Virus record (IMG/VR): IMGVR_UViG_3300048536_000072
Coordinates: 890 to 64,889 of that record
From: a virus
Lineage: Duplodnaviria; Caudoviricetes
Strand: one strand, 5' to 3'
Length of the DNA: 64,000 bases
Shown piece after piece: positions 19,831 to 27,831 of this stretch; positions within the stretch are counted from its first letter, which is position 1, and each line of letters starts with the position of its first letter. A program made the translations under genes and the position numbers. The notes below the pieces were generated by a model. That model was not told the origin of the DNA. It searched no databases and saw nothing but the letters and a program-made list of their open reading frames with translations.

Positions 19831-19967
19831 TTTCCTTGTCCTCGATATTTCTTGAAGGATCTCTTTTTATGTTTATTCATTGTCGCCATAGATTTTGGTT
19901 TAGCGCCAATTGAAGTACCTTTTTCTGTGTGGTTTATACTTGTACCACTGTTCCATGCTTTAGCCAT
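19827..19967 (-). CDS. small basic conserved phage protein
   Basis: 46-aa ORF not in track, MAKAW...NKHKKRSFKKYRGQGK; GGAG SD, ATGA overlap. Confidence 0.65.
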   Translation of the reverse strand: MAKAWNSGTSINHTEKGTSIGAKPKSMATMNKHKKRSFKKYRGQGK

Positions 19968-20092
19968 TATAAACTCCTATAAAACAGAATCGATAATCCA
20001 GAACGACAACATCATAAACCCGAACACGCCCACCTGTATTACAGATGCCCACGCTACCTGTCTCATCGGATGTATGTCTGTCAATTTTTCTA

Positions 20093-20785
20093 TCATTCGA
20101 TTCCTAACATTTCTTTTGTCATTATATAGTCACGTACAAAGTCTGATCTTACAATGTCAGACCAATTGAACGTTACCACCGTAAATTTAGTCATGTGTTC
20201 GATAATCTTTAAGAACTTACCAAACCCATCTTTGTCCGATTGTTTGGTAAAGTCTGTCTGTAGATAGTCACCACAAAATATAATTCGACAGTTCTGACCG
20301 ATCCTTGTGATCACACTGTCCAATTCATGAAATGTTAAATTCTGCATTTCATCTACAATGATTACCGCATCATTAAACGTTGTCCCTCTTATATAGGACG
20401 TTGATAAAAACTCTATGGCGTCTTGATCAACTAATTTCTCATACGCTTTAGAGTCTTGGAAGAGTTCTGTGCATATCGCATTATAGGGCCCTTGATAGGG
20501 TTCCATCTTCTCTTCCATACTGCCAGGCAGAAAACCGACCTCTCGTGTTGGTACGATCGATCGAGTAATCACTACCTTTTCAAACTGGTTACCTCTATCC
20601 AGTATTGTTTCCAAACCAAGATACAGGGCAGAGAACGTCTTACCTGTACCAGCGGTTCCTGTCAAAACGAGGTGGTTACCGTCTTTCCAAGATCTATAAA
20701 CTATCTCTTGGTTCTCTGTCAACGGTTCAAATGTATGAAGATCGTCTATGCGTAACTTCATAGGAACAGTTTTTTCTTTCCTCAT
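20093..20785 (-). CDS. phoH: PhoH-family ATPase
   Basis: GTAGTGKT, GFLPG, RGTTF, DEMQN, GDYLQTD. Confidence 0.93.
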   Translation of the reverse strand: MRKEKTVPMKLRIDDLHTFEPLTENQEIVYRSWKDGNHLVLTGTAGTGKTFSALYLGLETILDRGNQFEKVVITRSIVPTREVGFLPGSMEEKMEPYQGPYNAICTELFQDSKAYEKLVDQDAIEFLSTSYIRGTTFNDAVIIVDEMQNLTFHELDSVITRIGQNCRIIFCGDYLQTDFTKQSDKDGFGKFLKIIEHMTKFTVVTFNWSDIVRSDFVRDYIMTKEMLGIE

Positions 20786-21015
20786 GTTTTGATCGTGTTT
20801 CCTCTACCAGATCCTTTTTTAATCCTTTCTAGATGATTGTTCCATTCGTTACCAGCTATTTGACGGGCAGACTTAACACCAGACACTAAGTTGGGGGCAT
20901 GGATTACTTTTTCTAGATGGGGGTTTGATTCTGAGTACTCATCGAGTTCAGAGATCTTCATAAATTTGTCGAACACTTCTCCAGTGTTCGTATCTTTGAA
21001 AGTGTATGTGGGCAT
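20782..21015 (-). CDS. FmdB-like small protein
   Basis: MPTYTFKDTNTGE start; typical position upstream of phoH. Confidence 0.7.
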   Translation of the reverse strand: MPTYTFKDTNTGEVFDKFMKISELDEYSESNPHLEKVIHAPNLVSGVKSARQIAGNEWNNHLERIKKGSGRGNTIKT

Positions 21016-21034
21016 AATATTTCCATTCTGAACA

Positions 21035-21061
21035 AAACAAAGTGGGGAACAAGTCCCCACT
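21035..21061 (-). terminator. rho-independent terminator
   Basis: AGTGGGGA-CTTGT-TCCCCACT followed by TTGTTTT. Confidence 0.7.
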
Positions 21062-21082
21062 CCGAGATCTTGATCACCTTCC

Positions 21083-21247
21083 TTATCGAGTTGAGGCCAT
21101 TAAATCCTCAATAGTTTGATGTAAGTAACTTTCTTTAACCATTAGGCGATGTGCCTTTGATTCGTTGCCCTTCTTCTGAAGTCTACGAATTTGGTGAGAT
21201 AGTTCTCGTTTATCATTCTTTAACCGTTCTATTTGATTTCTCGACAT
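21083..21247 (-). CDS. small basic hypothetical protein
   Basis: 54-aa ORF not in track (MSRNQIERLKNDKREL...), AAGGAG SD. Confidence 0.6.
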   Translation of the reverse strand: MSRNQIERLKNDKRELSHQIRRLQKKGNESKAHRLMVKESYLHQTIEDLMASTR

Positions 21248-21275
21248 AATTCTCCTTATGTAATTATTATAGGAA

Positions 21276-21710
21276 CTAGGTTTTTATTAAGTTAGGGAAT
21301 GCCTCCTGTACAAGTTTTTTGGTTAGAAATTTCACTGGAGACTTTTTAGCCACCATTGACAAAACGATTTCCGCATCAGCGGGATGGATTGATTCCAGCA
21401 ATTGAACAAACATATTCTCTCGTTTGTATGCTGGTAGACCATCGCCCTTAGCACCGTTAACAAAGTAACCGAACAAACGGTGTTCTCGTATTAACGTTGA
21501 TGGGACGGATTCTGGTAGATTTTCTTGGAAGGGGGGACGACCTTCTGGTAAGTTCCATACCAGAGATTCGTCAAATGTACCACGTAGTACATCTCTCAAT
21601 GCTTGATTTTCAGAGTGCTTCAACAGTAACTCTTTTCTCTTTGCTTTATTTGTTTGTTGTCCGAATTCATCAATGATCTCGAACACTTCTTTAATTTGAT
21701 TATAAGCCAT
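21276..21710 (-). CDS. conserved T4-like marine phage protein
   Basis: WNLPEGRPP and KRENMFVQLLESIHPADAE motifs; late promoter at 21732-21739. Confidence 0.7.
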   Translation of the reverse strand: MAYNQIKEVFEIIDEFGQQTNKAKRKELLLKHSENQALRDVLRGTFDESLVWNLPEGRPPFQENLPESVPSTLIREHRLFGYFVNGAKGDGLPAYKRENMFVQLLESIHPADAEIVLSMVAKKSPVKFLTKKLVQEAFPNLIKT

Positions 21711-21809
21711 TATTTATTTCTCACTTTCAGTTATTTATAAAAATGGGCGACTCCAACACATAACAATATTTAGTAATCTTCGCAATTGTAAGTCGCCCTA
21801 CCCTAAAAA

Positions 21810-21872
21810 TTATACTCTAATTTTTTTGACGTATTTAACGCCACGATAAATGAACTCTACTTTCTTAGTCAT
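21810..21872 (-). CDS. 20-aa YRGV peptide (DUF4278-like)
   Basis: MTKKVEFIYRGVKYVKKIRV with GAGGAG SD; not in the ORF track. Confidence 0.6.
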   Translation of the reverse strand: MTKKVEFIYRGVKYVKKIRV

Positions 21873-21876
21873 TATC

Positions 21877-21943
21877 ACTTACTCCTCTGTAGGATTAAGT
21901 AGTCTTTTAACGCATGACCTATGCGAGGTAACACCTATAAAGG
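21877..21943 (-). ncRNA. candidate structured cis-regulatory leader RNA
   Basis: Hairpin, compact H-type pseudoknot and SD-sequestering hairpin downstream of TATAAATA at 21944-21951. Confidence 0.45.
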
Positions 21944-21946
21944 TAT

Positions 21947-22387
21947 TTATACATCTTCGATGTCTACGGGCCCAATAACATAGGTACGATATTCAATATC
22001 ACTGAAATCTTTTTCACGGAAAAAATCATCGGGGAAATCATCCCATTCATGCAGATCATCCAGAAGTTGTTCTTCCAGTTCATCGGTCATACCATTGCCA
22101 CTGAATGCATAATCAATACCGCATCCATCGTAAGATTCTTCGAACTCTACTTCCTCAAAGTATTCAAACTCAAAAATCTCATCATCATCTTGATAAGATC
22201 CTCCTTCGAGATATTCTAGTTCGTCTTCATTCTGAGGCGTGATCAAATACGATCCGTTCCTCATGACTTCACTTATCGTTACCGCTTGATAAGTCTCGTC
22301 TTTAAATTCACCCTTGGCCCAAACACATTCCTCAATAAAGGACTTTTTGTTGGATGCAAAGACACGATATTGTTGTCCAATTTCCAT
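21947..22387 (-). CDS. acidic hypothetical protein
   Basis: 146-aa, D/E-rich, coupled to upstream ORF. Confidence 0.7.
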   Translation of the reverse strand: MEIGQQYRVFASNKKSFIEECVWAKGEFKDETYQAVTISEVMRNGSYLITPQNEDELEYLEGGSYQDDDEIFEFEYFEEVEFEESYDGCGIDYAFSGNGMTDELEEQLLDDLHEWDDFPDDFFREKDFSDIEYRTYVIGPVDIEDV

Positions 22388-22584
22388 TATGCCTCCTCGA
22401 CAGTTACTTTATATAGTTTACCGTTAACATCCAAACACTGAACGGTTTTCTTAGTTGAGACCAACCACCCCTCTTCGGGATGTAGATCCAATTTCGGTTT
22501 GGTCGCCCATGTGACCAATTCGGAGTCCGATTGAAGGGACTCCGAAATAACGTCAGCGATATAATCGCAGTAAGCAAGATTCAT
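22387..22584 (-). CDS. hypothetical protein
   Basis: 65-aa coupled ORF with GGAGG SD. Confidence 0.65.
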   Translation of the reverse strand: MNLAYCDYIADVISESLQSDSELVTWATKPKLDLHPEEGWLVSTKKTVQCLDVNGKLYKVTVEEA

Positions 22585-23105
22585 TACGCCGCCTCCTTAA
22601 TTAGTTGATCAGCAATGTTTCTGATTTCTTCGACTCTTGGTTCTGGATCGAACTTCTCTTCCGCAGTACAAACGTAAGGTTTTTCCCAGTTACCGACATT
22701 GATGTCAGTATAGTGAGATCTGAAGAAGTAGTCAGTCATTGAATCATCGTGATTGAAAAATTCAGGGCCTTCCATCGCTTCTTTAAGTTCTAACAAGAAC
22801 TCTTTGATCGCTGGATATTCTGCATAAGTCTCAGCAATCCAGTACTCATTGACTCTTACATAGTTGTCTAACCTTGATGCAAGATACTTGACAGTTCTTG
22901 GATCTCTATAGAGTTCAGTTCTCTCAAAGTCATCCAACCTTGCCTTCATAGAAGCACCAACGATATCTAACTCACCTTCTTTGATGTTCACACAAAGAGT
23001 AGAATGGTTGTTCACCGAAATGGTGGCCTTCATGTTATACTTTTTCAACACCTCTTTGATCTTTGGTGCTAACTTCTTTTTGTCTTCTTGGGATACAAAT
23101 GCCAT
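22584..23105 (-). CDS. early protein resembling polyvalent-protein LPD29-type domain
   Basis: SVNNHSTL...DDSMTDYF...INVG; first gene after a strong promoter. Confidence 0.55.
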   Translation of the reverse strand: MAFVSQEDKKKLAPKIKEVLKKYNMKATISVNNHSTLCVNIKEGELDIVGASMKARLDDFERTELYRDPRTVKYLASRLDNYVRVNEYWIAETYAEYPAIKEFLLELKEAMEGPEFFNHDDSMTDYFFRSHYTDINVGNWEKPYVCTAEEKFDPEPRVEEIRNIADQLIKEAA

Positions 23106-23139
23106 AATAAAAATACCTCTCTCAATTAATTACATACCC

Positions 23140-23195
23140 ATTATAACTAGTGAGGCATGTTTTGTCAAGCGTTTTCTTGAAATAATTTCAAGAAA
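23140..23195 (-). promoter_or_regulatory. early promoter with upstream palindrome
   Basis: TTGACA-17nt-TATAAT (23140-23168) and perfect inverted repeat TTTCTTGAAAT-A-ATTTCAAGAAA (23173-23195). Confidence 0.85.
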
Positions 23196-23202
23196 TTAAA
23201 AT

Positions 23203-23309
23203 AGGCCCAGTTTATGGTTGGTAGGCGTAAACTGGGAAAATGCCTTGCAATTATTGGTTTTGTTGTTTAGAGTCTGTTCAAACCTCCACGCCTGTGGGAA
23301 AATCAGACT
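23203..23309 (-). ncRNA. candidate two-hairpin (kissing-loop) intergenic RNA
   Basis: Stems AGTCTG/CAGACT (inner CCAC/GTGG) and CCCAGTTTA/TAAACTGGG; loop regions AGGCG and CGCCT are complementary. Confidence 0.4.
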
Positions 23310-23314
23310 ATTCA

Positions 23315-23668
23315 TTAACCCTCGACTCTGTCGTGGATTGCGACCGCACCGTAGAAAGTACCGCCAAGTAGTTCATCACAAAGTCTTGAGAACCTTGAGT
23401 CCGATGTACCAGCGTAGTTACCACCGAACATCGTCCACTTGTCTTTCTTAGACACTGGAATCAATCTGAGGATTTTTCTACCTCCGATTGGTTCTGCCAT
23501 TACCAACTCAGCAGCTGGATAATCTTCGCACGGTTCGGAAGGCCCTTCTGCGTTCACAACAGTGAAACCTTTACAGTAAGATGACTCACCACCAGCGGTG
23601 CAGTCCATGTTATCAAAGAACGGATCACCGTAAGGTGCCTGTCTGTAAGTAGTTACGTGAATTCCCAT
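23315..23668 (-). CDS. hypothetical phage protein
   Basis: 117 aa; MFGGNYAGTSDSRF...IHDRVE motif; AGGAG SD. Confidence 0.75.
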   Translation of the reverse strand: MGIHVTTYRQAPYGDPFFDNMDCTAGGESSYCKGFTVVNAEGPSEPCEDYPAAELVMAEPIGGRKILRLIPVSKKDKWTMFGGNYAGTSDSRFSRLCDELLGGTFYGAVAIHDRVEG

Positions 23669-23801
23669 AATATATCTCCTAATTAAACTCTATTATCAAT
23701 TTGATCAACTAGCGCAAATAGTCTGTCGATCGTTTCATTTTGTTCTTCGACCACGTCCATCAATTCTTTGAGTAGAGTGATCACCACTTCGATTCTTGCC
23801 A

Positions 23802-24098
23802 TTATTCCTCCCATGACTTTGCAGAGAATCTAGGGTACAACCTAAACGGTGCCTGATCCTCCAAGGTTTGTGAATAGATCATTGGTTCTGGAAGAGACCT
23901 ATCGTCCAGTGCATTGAAGAACAACGCCATGTCACAGTCTTCTTCTAACCAAACATACTGTTCGTTAAAGAACGAGTACTCTGAAATCTTGTTTGCGAAA
24001 CCTAAGTTCTCAACCAAATGGACTGGAACTTTTAGGTATGAATGGGACGGATCAGATACATACGTCACTGCATTTTTTGGATTAGTTTCAAAACTCAT
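23802..24098 (-). CDS. hypothetical phage protein
   Basis: DPSHSYLKV...WLEEDCD motif. Confidence 0.7.
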   Translation of the reverse strand: MSFETNPKNAVTYVSDPSHSYLKVPVHLVENLGFANKISEYSFFNEQYVWLEEDCDMALFFNALDDRSLPEPMIYSQTLEDQAPFRLYPRFSAKSWEE

Positions 24099-24370
24099 TT
24101 TGACACCTCACTTAACATTTTCATAATATGGTAATCTTTCAACAAAAGATCTCTAACTCTTTCTCTATCAAGTGAGTCACCGTAACCCCACTCGAAGTGA
24201 TTCTTTTCTGAAACAACTAACTTGATGTAGTCTTGGATAGCTGACTCAACTTTCGCAACAGTCAAAGACTCAATTGGGTAAATTCCATCGTATGCATAGA
24301 ACGACAGAACATAGTTTCTAAATTCAACAAGATCTTGATTTGATCTCAGTGCAATAACATTCGTAATCAT
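24095..24370 (-). CDS. hypothetical phage protein
   Basis: 91 aa, GDSLDRERVRD motif, GAGG SD. Confidence 0.7.
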   Translation of the reverse strand: MITNVIALRSNQDLVEFRNYVLSFYAYDGIYPIESLTVAKVESAIQDYIKLVVSEKNHFEWGYGDSLDRERVRDLLLKDYHIMKMLSEVSK

Positions 24371-24468
24371 ATTAACCTCACAATAAATGGGAACAGCATT
24401 ATCGCCAGTCCAGTCAAAAAATCATAATCCATCATATTTCTCTCTCCTTTCTCATTCTCAATACAAGT

Positions 24469-24497
24469 ATTATAAAGGGTACGGCAAGAAATGTCAA
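24469..24497 (-). promoter_or_regulatory. sigma70-type early promoter with conserved leader
   Basis: AAACGCTTGACA-17nt-TATAAT-ACTTGTATTGAGAATGAGA. Confidence 0.85.
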
Positions 24498-24511
24498 GCG
24501 TTTTCTTGAAA

Positions 24512-25360
24512 TTATTTTAAGTTTTTTGTGAGATACCTACCACTTCGAAACTCTTGTGGCCACTGCATTTCACGAGAGTTTGCGATTTTATGGTAATCTA
24601 AAGTTGAAATTAATTCGATTCCATGTGTTCTCATATGGTTGAATTTTGTAGCGGGTGGACGATAGTCCAGATGTTTGACGATGTATTTCAAACCATCGTG
24701 TAGAAGTTCAGAACATAGATGTCCGTTCCAAGTCTGATCTAGGAACTTTATATCTGCATTATTCTTATATAACATATATTGAATATATGGCTGATCGGTA
24801 ACAAAGTATGTGTCTAATTCGCAACACATGGAATCGTAGGATAGTAGATCCATCCACTTCTCTTCTATGGCACGTTGTCTCATTCGTTTTGAATATAAGA
24901 CAACACCAGAGTTGAGTGACATTGCATGACCTTTATACTTGGGAAACTGTGCGCCCATTCTCTCGCACGTCTCTGTCCACGCATCTAGTTTCTTGGCCCA
25001 TCCTTCGTGGATCGTATGGTTCTCCCATAACTCTGGAACTATACCTACTTCAGCGTTTCCTAGTTCATCAAAAACGTCATACTGACCGTCATACATATGA
25101 TTCGAAGGAATGATATCCATATCCGCAAACATAATAGTGTCATACTTTTCGTCATACTCTTTATAGAATATGGGTTTCAATGCGGAAAAGAAATGATCCA
25201 TCTCACCAACAGATATGTCATAATATTCTTTTAGAAAGTCTGGATTGTGTTCAAAGATGTAGTCTGCACCAATACTCTGGGCATACGCTTTCATCCTGTC
25301 CCTCCCGAACAAGATGTGATCGTTTAGTTCTCCTTGCCAGTATTGATATATTAAATTCAT
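24512..25360 (-). CDS. GT-A glycosyltransferase
   Basis: MNLIYQY start, FADMD, LNSGV, TDQP; paralogue of island genes. Confidence 0.7.
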   Translation of the reverse strand: MNLIYQYWQGELNDHILFGRDRMKAYAQSIGADYIFEHNPDFLKEYYDISVGEMDHFFSALKPIFYKEYDEKYDTIMFADMDIIPSNHMYDGQYDVFDELGNAEVGIVPELWENHTIHEGWAKKLDAWTETCERMGAQFPKYKGHAMSLNSGVVLYSKRMRQRAIEEKWMDLLSYDSMCCELDTYFVTDQPYIQYMLYKNNADIKFLDQTWNGHLCSELLHDGLKYIVKHLDYRPPATKFNHMRTHGIELISTLDYHKIANSREMQWPQEFRSGRYLTKNLK

Positions 25361-25484
25361 ATATTAACTAGTTTCCTACATTCTTCCATACGTCTAAGTG
25401 AACCCATGACTCCATATAGATCGTCTTGATTATCCACTGACAAACCTAACCATAAAATAAAGAAGATTTTTGTTACCAATAATT

Positions 25485-26024
25485 TCACACAAACCAACTA
25501 GGAATTTCACGGTTCGTCCACTTCGCCATGTACTTCTTTTCTTGAATGTAATACTGACGGTAAGCTTGAACAGGATCGTCCGTCTTACACGAATCTGGCA
25601 TCGCCTGTGCGAACTCTGTGAGTGGTTGTACTTGATCGATGTTCTTTGGTGAGAACCACAACTGACCTTTAAGTTTCTCTTCGGTCATGTGAACCTTACC
25701 GTAACGTCTGGTGTACTCATCGCACAATGCACGGAAGTGTTTGTACAACCAACGATAGTTGGCGTTAGACTTGCGAGTCCATATGTTGGACGGATGGTTT
25801 ACATGAGATGCCTTGTACAAGAGTCGTTCTTGTGCAGTAGGTTCTAGTTTCCATCGTTTGATCTTACGACCGTTCTTAGTCTTGTCATAGTACTCAGTGC
25901 CATCCAATACACGATGTGCAGTACTCATTAGCTGAGCGTATTCGACAATCATCTTGACCACATGTTTGTCACACATCATCTGTGCGGCTTTCACTGGATC
26001 ATTATCTAGGTGGAATATATTCAT
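25485..26024 (-). CDS. pyrimidine-dimer DNA glycosylase (DenV-like)
   Basis: MNIF...DKHVVKMIVEYAQLMSTAH, HVNHP, AYRQYY. Confidence 0.85.
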   Translation of the reverse strand: MNIFHLDNDPVKAAQMMCDKHVVKMIVEYAQLMSTAHRVLDGTEYYDKTKNGRKIKRWKLEPTAQERLLYKASHVNHPSNIWTRKSNANYRWLYKHFRALCDEYTRRYGKVHMTEEKLKGQLWFSPKNIDQVQPLTEFAQAMPDSCKTDDPVQAYRQYYIQEKKYMAKWTNREIPSWFV

Positions 26025-26272
26025 AGGTTATCCTGTTTTAGAAACAAATTCTCTACACCCGACAAGACATGAGTCAAGTTAGGTTGATAGGTATAGTGTC
26101 TCATCTCATCATAAAATTGATCACCTTCTGCGGTGGTCACTTGCCACCAGTATTTGGTGAACTCCTCTGAATCTTCGATCTCAGTCATAGACAAAACGTA
26201 ACCACGTTCATAGTCTATGTGTACGATCTCAGATGCATGAGTTAAAAACTCTTGTTTGATTTCAAAAGACAT
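26021..26272 (-). CDS. hypothetical protein
   Basis: 83-aa coupled ORF. Confidence 0.6.
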   Translation of the reverse strand: MSFEIKQEFLTHASEIVHIDYERGYVLSMTEIEDSEEFTKYWWQVTTAEGDQFYDEMRHYTYQPNLTHVLSGVENLFLKQDNL

Positions 26273-26454
26273 TAATAGTCTCCCTCTCGAATTGCGTTCA
26301 TCGCCTCGAACACTTCGGTGGAACTAGCACCAGTAGATTTCAAGGCGTCTTGTAATCCTGTCCAATCTGGATTCTCGGGCATATGTATATATCGTTCTGC
26401 GAGATTCTGGATCAACATTGGATTCAACACATTAGTAGTTGTCATCAAAAGCAC
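26272..26454 (-). CDS. hypothetical protein
   Basis: 60-aa coupled ORF; start uncertain. Confidence 0.5.
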   Translation of the reverse strand: MLLMTTTNVLNPMLIQNLAERYIHMPENPDWTGLQDALKSTGASSTEVFEAMNAIREGDY

Positions 26455-26617
26455 CTTTTTCTTTTAGGTCATAAACACCCCAACCAACAAGGACAATACC
26501 AATTGTCGCCTTGATTAGGAAAGGTAGTAACGGAGCGGGTTCACCCATCTCGATCATCATATCTTCATACCCGACCGCACCAAACAAAATAAAAATACCA
26601 ATTGCCATTCTAATCAT
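26432..26617 (-). CDS. small 2-TM membrane protein
   Basis: Two hydrophobic segments, GAGG SD. Confidence 0.6.
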   Translation of the reverse strand: MIRMAIGIFILFGAVGYEDMMIEMGEPAPLLPFLIKATIGIVLVGWGVYDLKEKGAFDDNY

Positions 26618-26768
26618 AATTATACCTCAAACTCGACTACTTGAAAAACTGTTATCTGATTCTCTATTGCCCAAAGTTCCGCTTCACTCTCAGTAGAAAA
26701 ACAAGGGAAGTTGTGCAACACTTGACTCTTATCTTCTTTTATCTCAACCACATAATAAACTACATCTT

Positions 26769-26963
26769 TCACGTAACTAACTCCTCAGCTATCTCATCAA
26801 ACAATTGGTAGTAATAATCAACGGTCTCGTTGACAGGGTTTAACGCCATGAACGTATCAGCGTCCACGAAGTTCCAGTTGATGTCCCCATTAGGGAAGAT
26901 GTTTTGTGGATTGGCGATTGCCTTCTCCATGTGGGATTTGATCACTCTTTTTAGATCTTGCAT
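26769..26963 (-). CDS. hypothetical early protein
   Basis: INWNFVDAD motif; GAGAGG SD behind promoter. Confidence 0.7.
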   Translation of the reverse strand: MQDLKRVIKSHMEKAIANPQNIFPNGDINWNFVDADTFMALNPVNETVDYYYQLFDEIAEELVT

Positions 26964-26991
26964 AGTAAATACCTCTCTCAGTTAAGTAAAC

Positions 26992-27020
26992 ATTATATTA
27001 CAATCAACAGGAAATGTCAA
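26992..27020 (-). promoter_or_regulatory. sigma70-type early promoter
   Basis: AAACGCTTGACA-17nt-TATAAT. Confidence 0.85.
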
Positions 27021-27201
27021 GCGTTTTCTGGAATAAATTTCCAGTCAATCCACGCAGTGTAAGTTTGGTCAAGTTCTGCACGGTAATTAAGTGCATCAAC
27101 AATACGTTCAAACTTCTTGTCGGTAATTAACTTATTGTTTTCTAGGGAACGGATCAAATAAACATACATAACTTTTTATCTCTCATTTTGAATACAAGTG
27201 T

Positions 27202-27230
27202 ATTATGACAGATCAGGCAGTAAAAGTCAA
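27202..27230 (-). promoter_or_regulatory. sigma70-type early promoter (variant)
   Basis: TTGACT-17nt-CATAAT followed by the ACTTGTATT...AATGAGA leader. Confidence 0.65.
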
Positions 27231-27232
27231 GT

Positions 27233-27685
27233 CTAAGGGAACAAAGAACGTGACCAATCTTTCGATTCTGGTTCTAGGTCTTTGGGTAGGTGTTTACCGT
27301 GGATCTTACATCCGATAAAGGCATTATAGTAATCGTCACGTAATAGTACATCATGTTCAAACTGATACTTTGCCTCAAAGTAAGAACACTCTCCTTTGGT
27401 ACGACATAGTCTCAGGATCTCACGTTGGAACGTTGCATCCCCTCGTTCGATCAATAGTTTAACTTCAGCTGAAGATCCGTAATAGTCTCTCCAGTCAGAC
27501 TGGACTCTGGTTCTCTGTCTCCGTTTTCTTGTTTTGGTAACAGGCAGAATCTTAGGTTTCCAGAAGAACTTCTTACCGATATACTTCATACCATTTTGAT
27601 CTGTCAATAGGTACACGAATCCTTGATAATCCTCAAGGAAACTTTCTTCGGGTTCAAACTCTTCTTTTTGATAATACCAAGTCAT
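27233..27685 (-). CDS. GIY-YIG nuclease-family protein
   Basis: GFVY...KYIGKK, YYGSS, REIL, YYN motifs. Confidence 0.8.
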   Translation of the reverse strand: MTWYYQKEEFEPEESFLEDYQGFVYLLTDQNGMKYIGKKFFWKPKILPVTKTRKRRQRTRVQSDWRDYYGSSAEVKLLIERGDATFQREILRLCRTKGECSYFEAKYQFEHDVLLRDDYYNAFIGCKIHGKHLPKDLEPESKDWSRSLFP

Positions 27686-27693
27686 GGTACTAT

Positions 27694-27831
27694 CTAGTCT
27701 TCATCTAACTCCACTTCTTCTACATCACATGGAGTACCGCACATTGGACAAAATGACGGCACCTCTTCGGTAGCCGTCACTTCTCGAACCACAGTTATAC
27801 AGTCACAAACACCGCATACTAATTCATGCAT
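27694..27831 (-). CDS. small zinc-ribbon protein
   Basis: CGVC...CPMCG; start re-called at MHELV. Confidence 0.65.
   Translation of the reverse strand: MHELVCGVCDCITVVREVTATEEVPSFCPMCGTPCDVEEVELDED

Noticed and set aside
21872-21943. Canonical glutamine (glnA/downstream-peptide) riboswitch
   Set aside because: The peptide context fits, but I cannot find the conserved core sequence; kept only as an unknown structured leader
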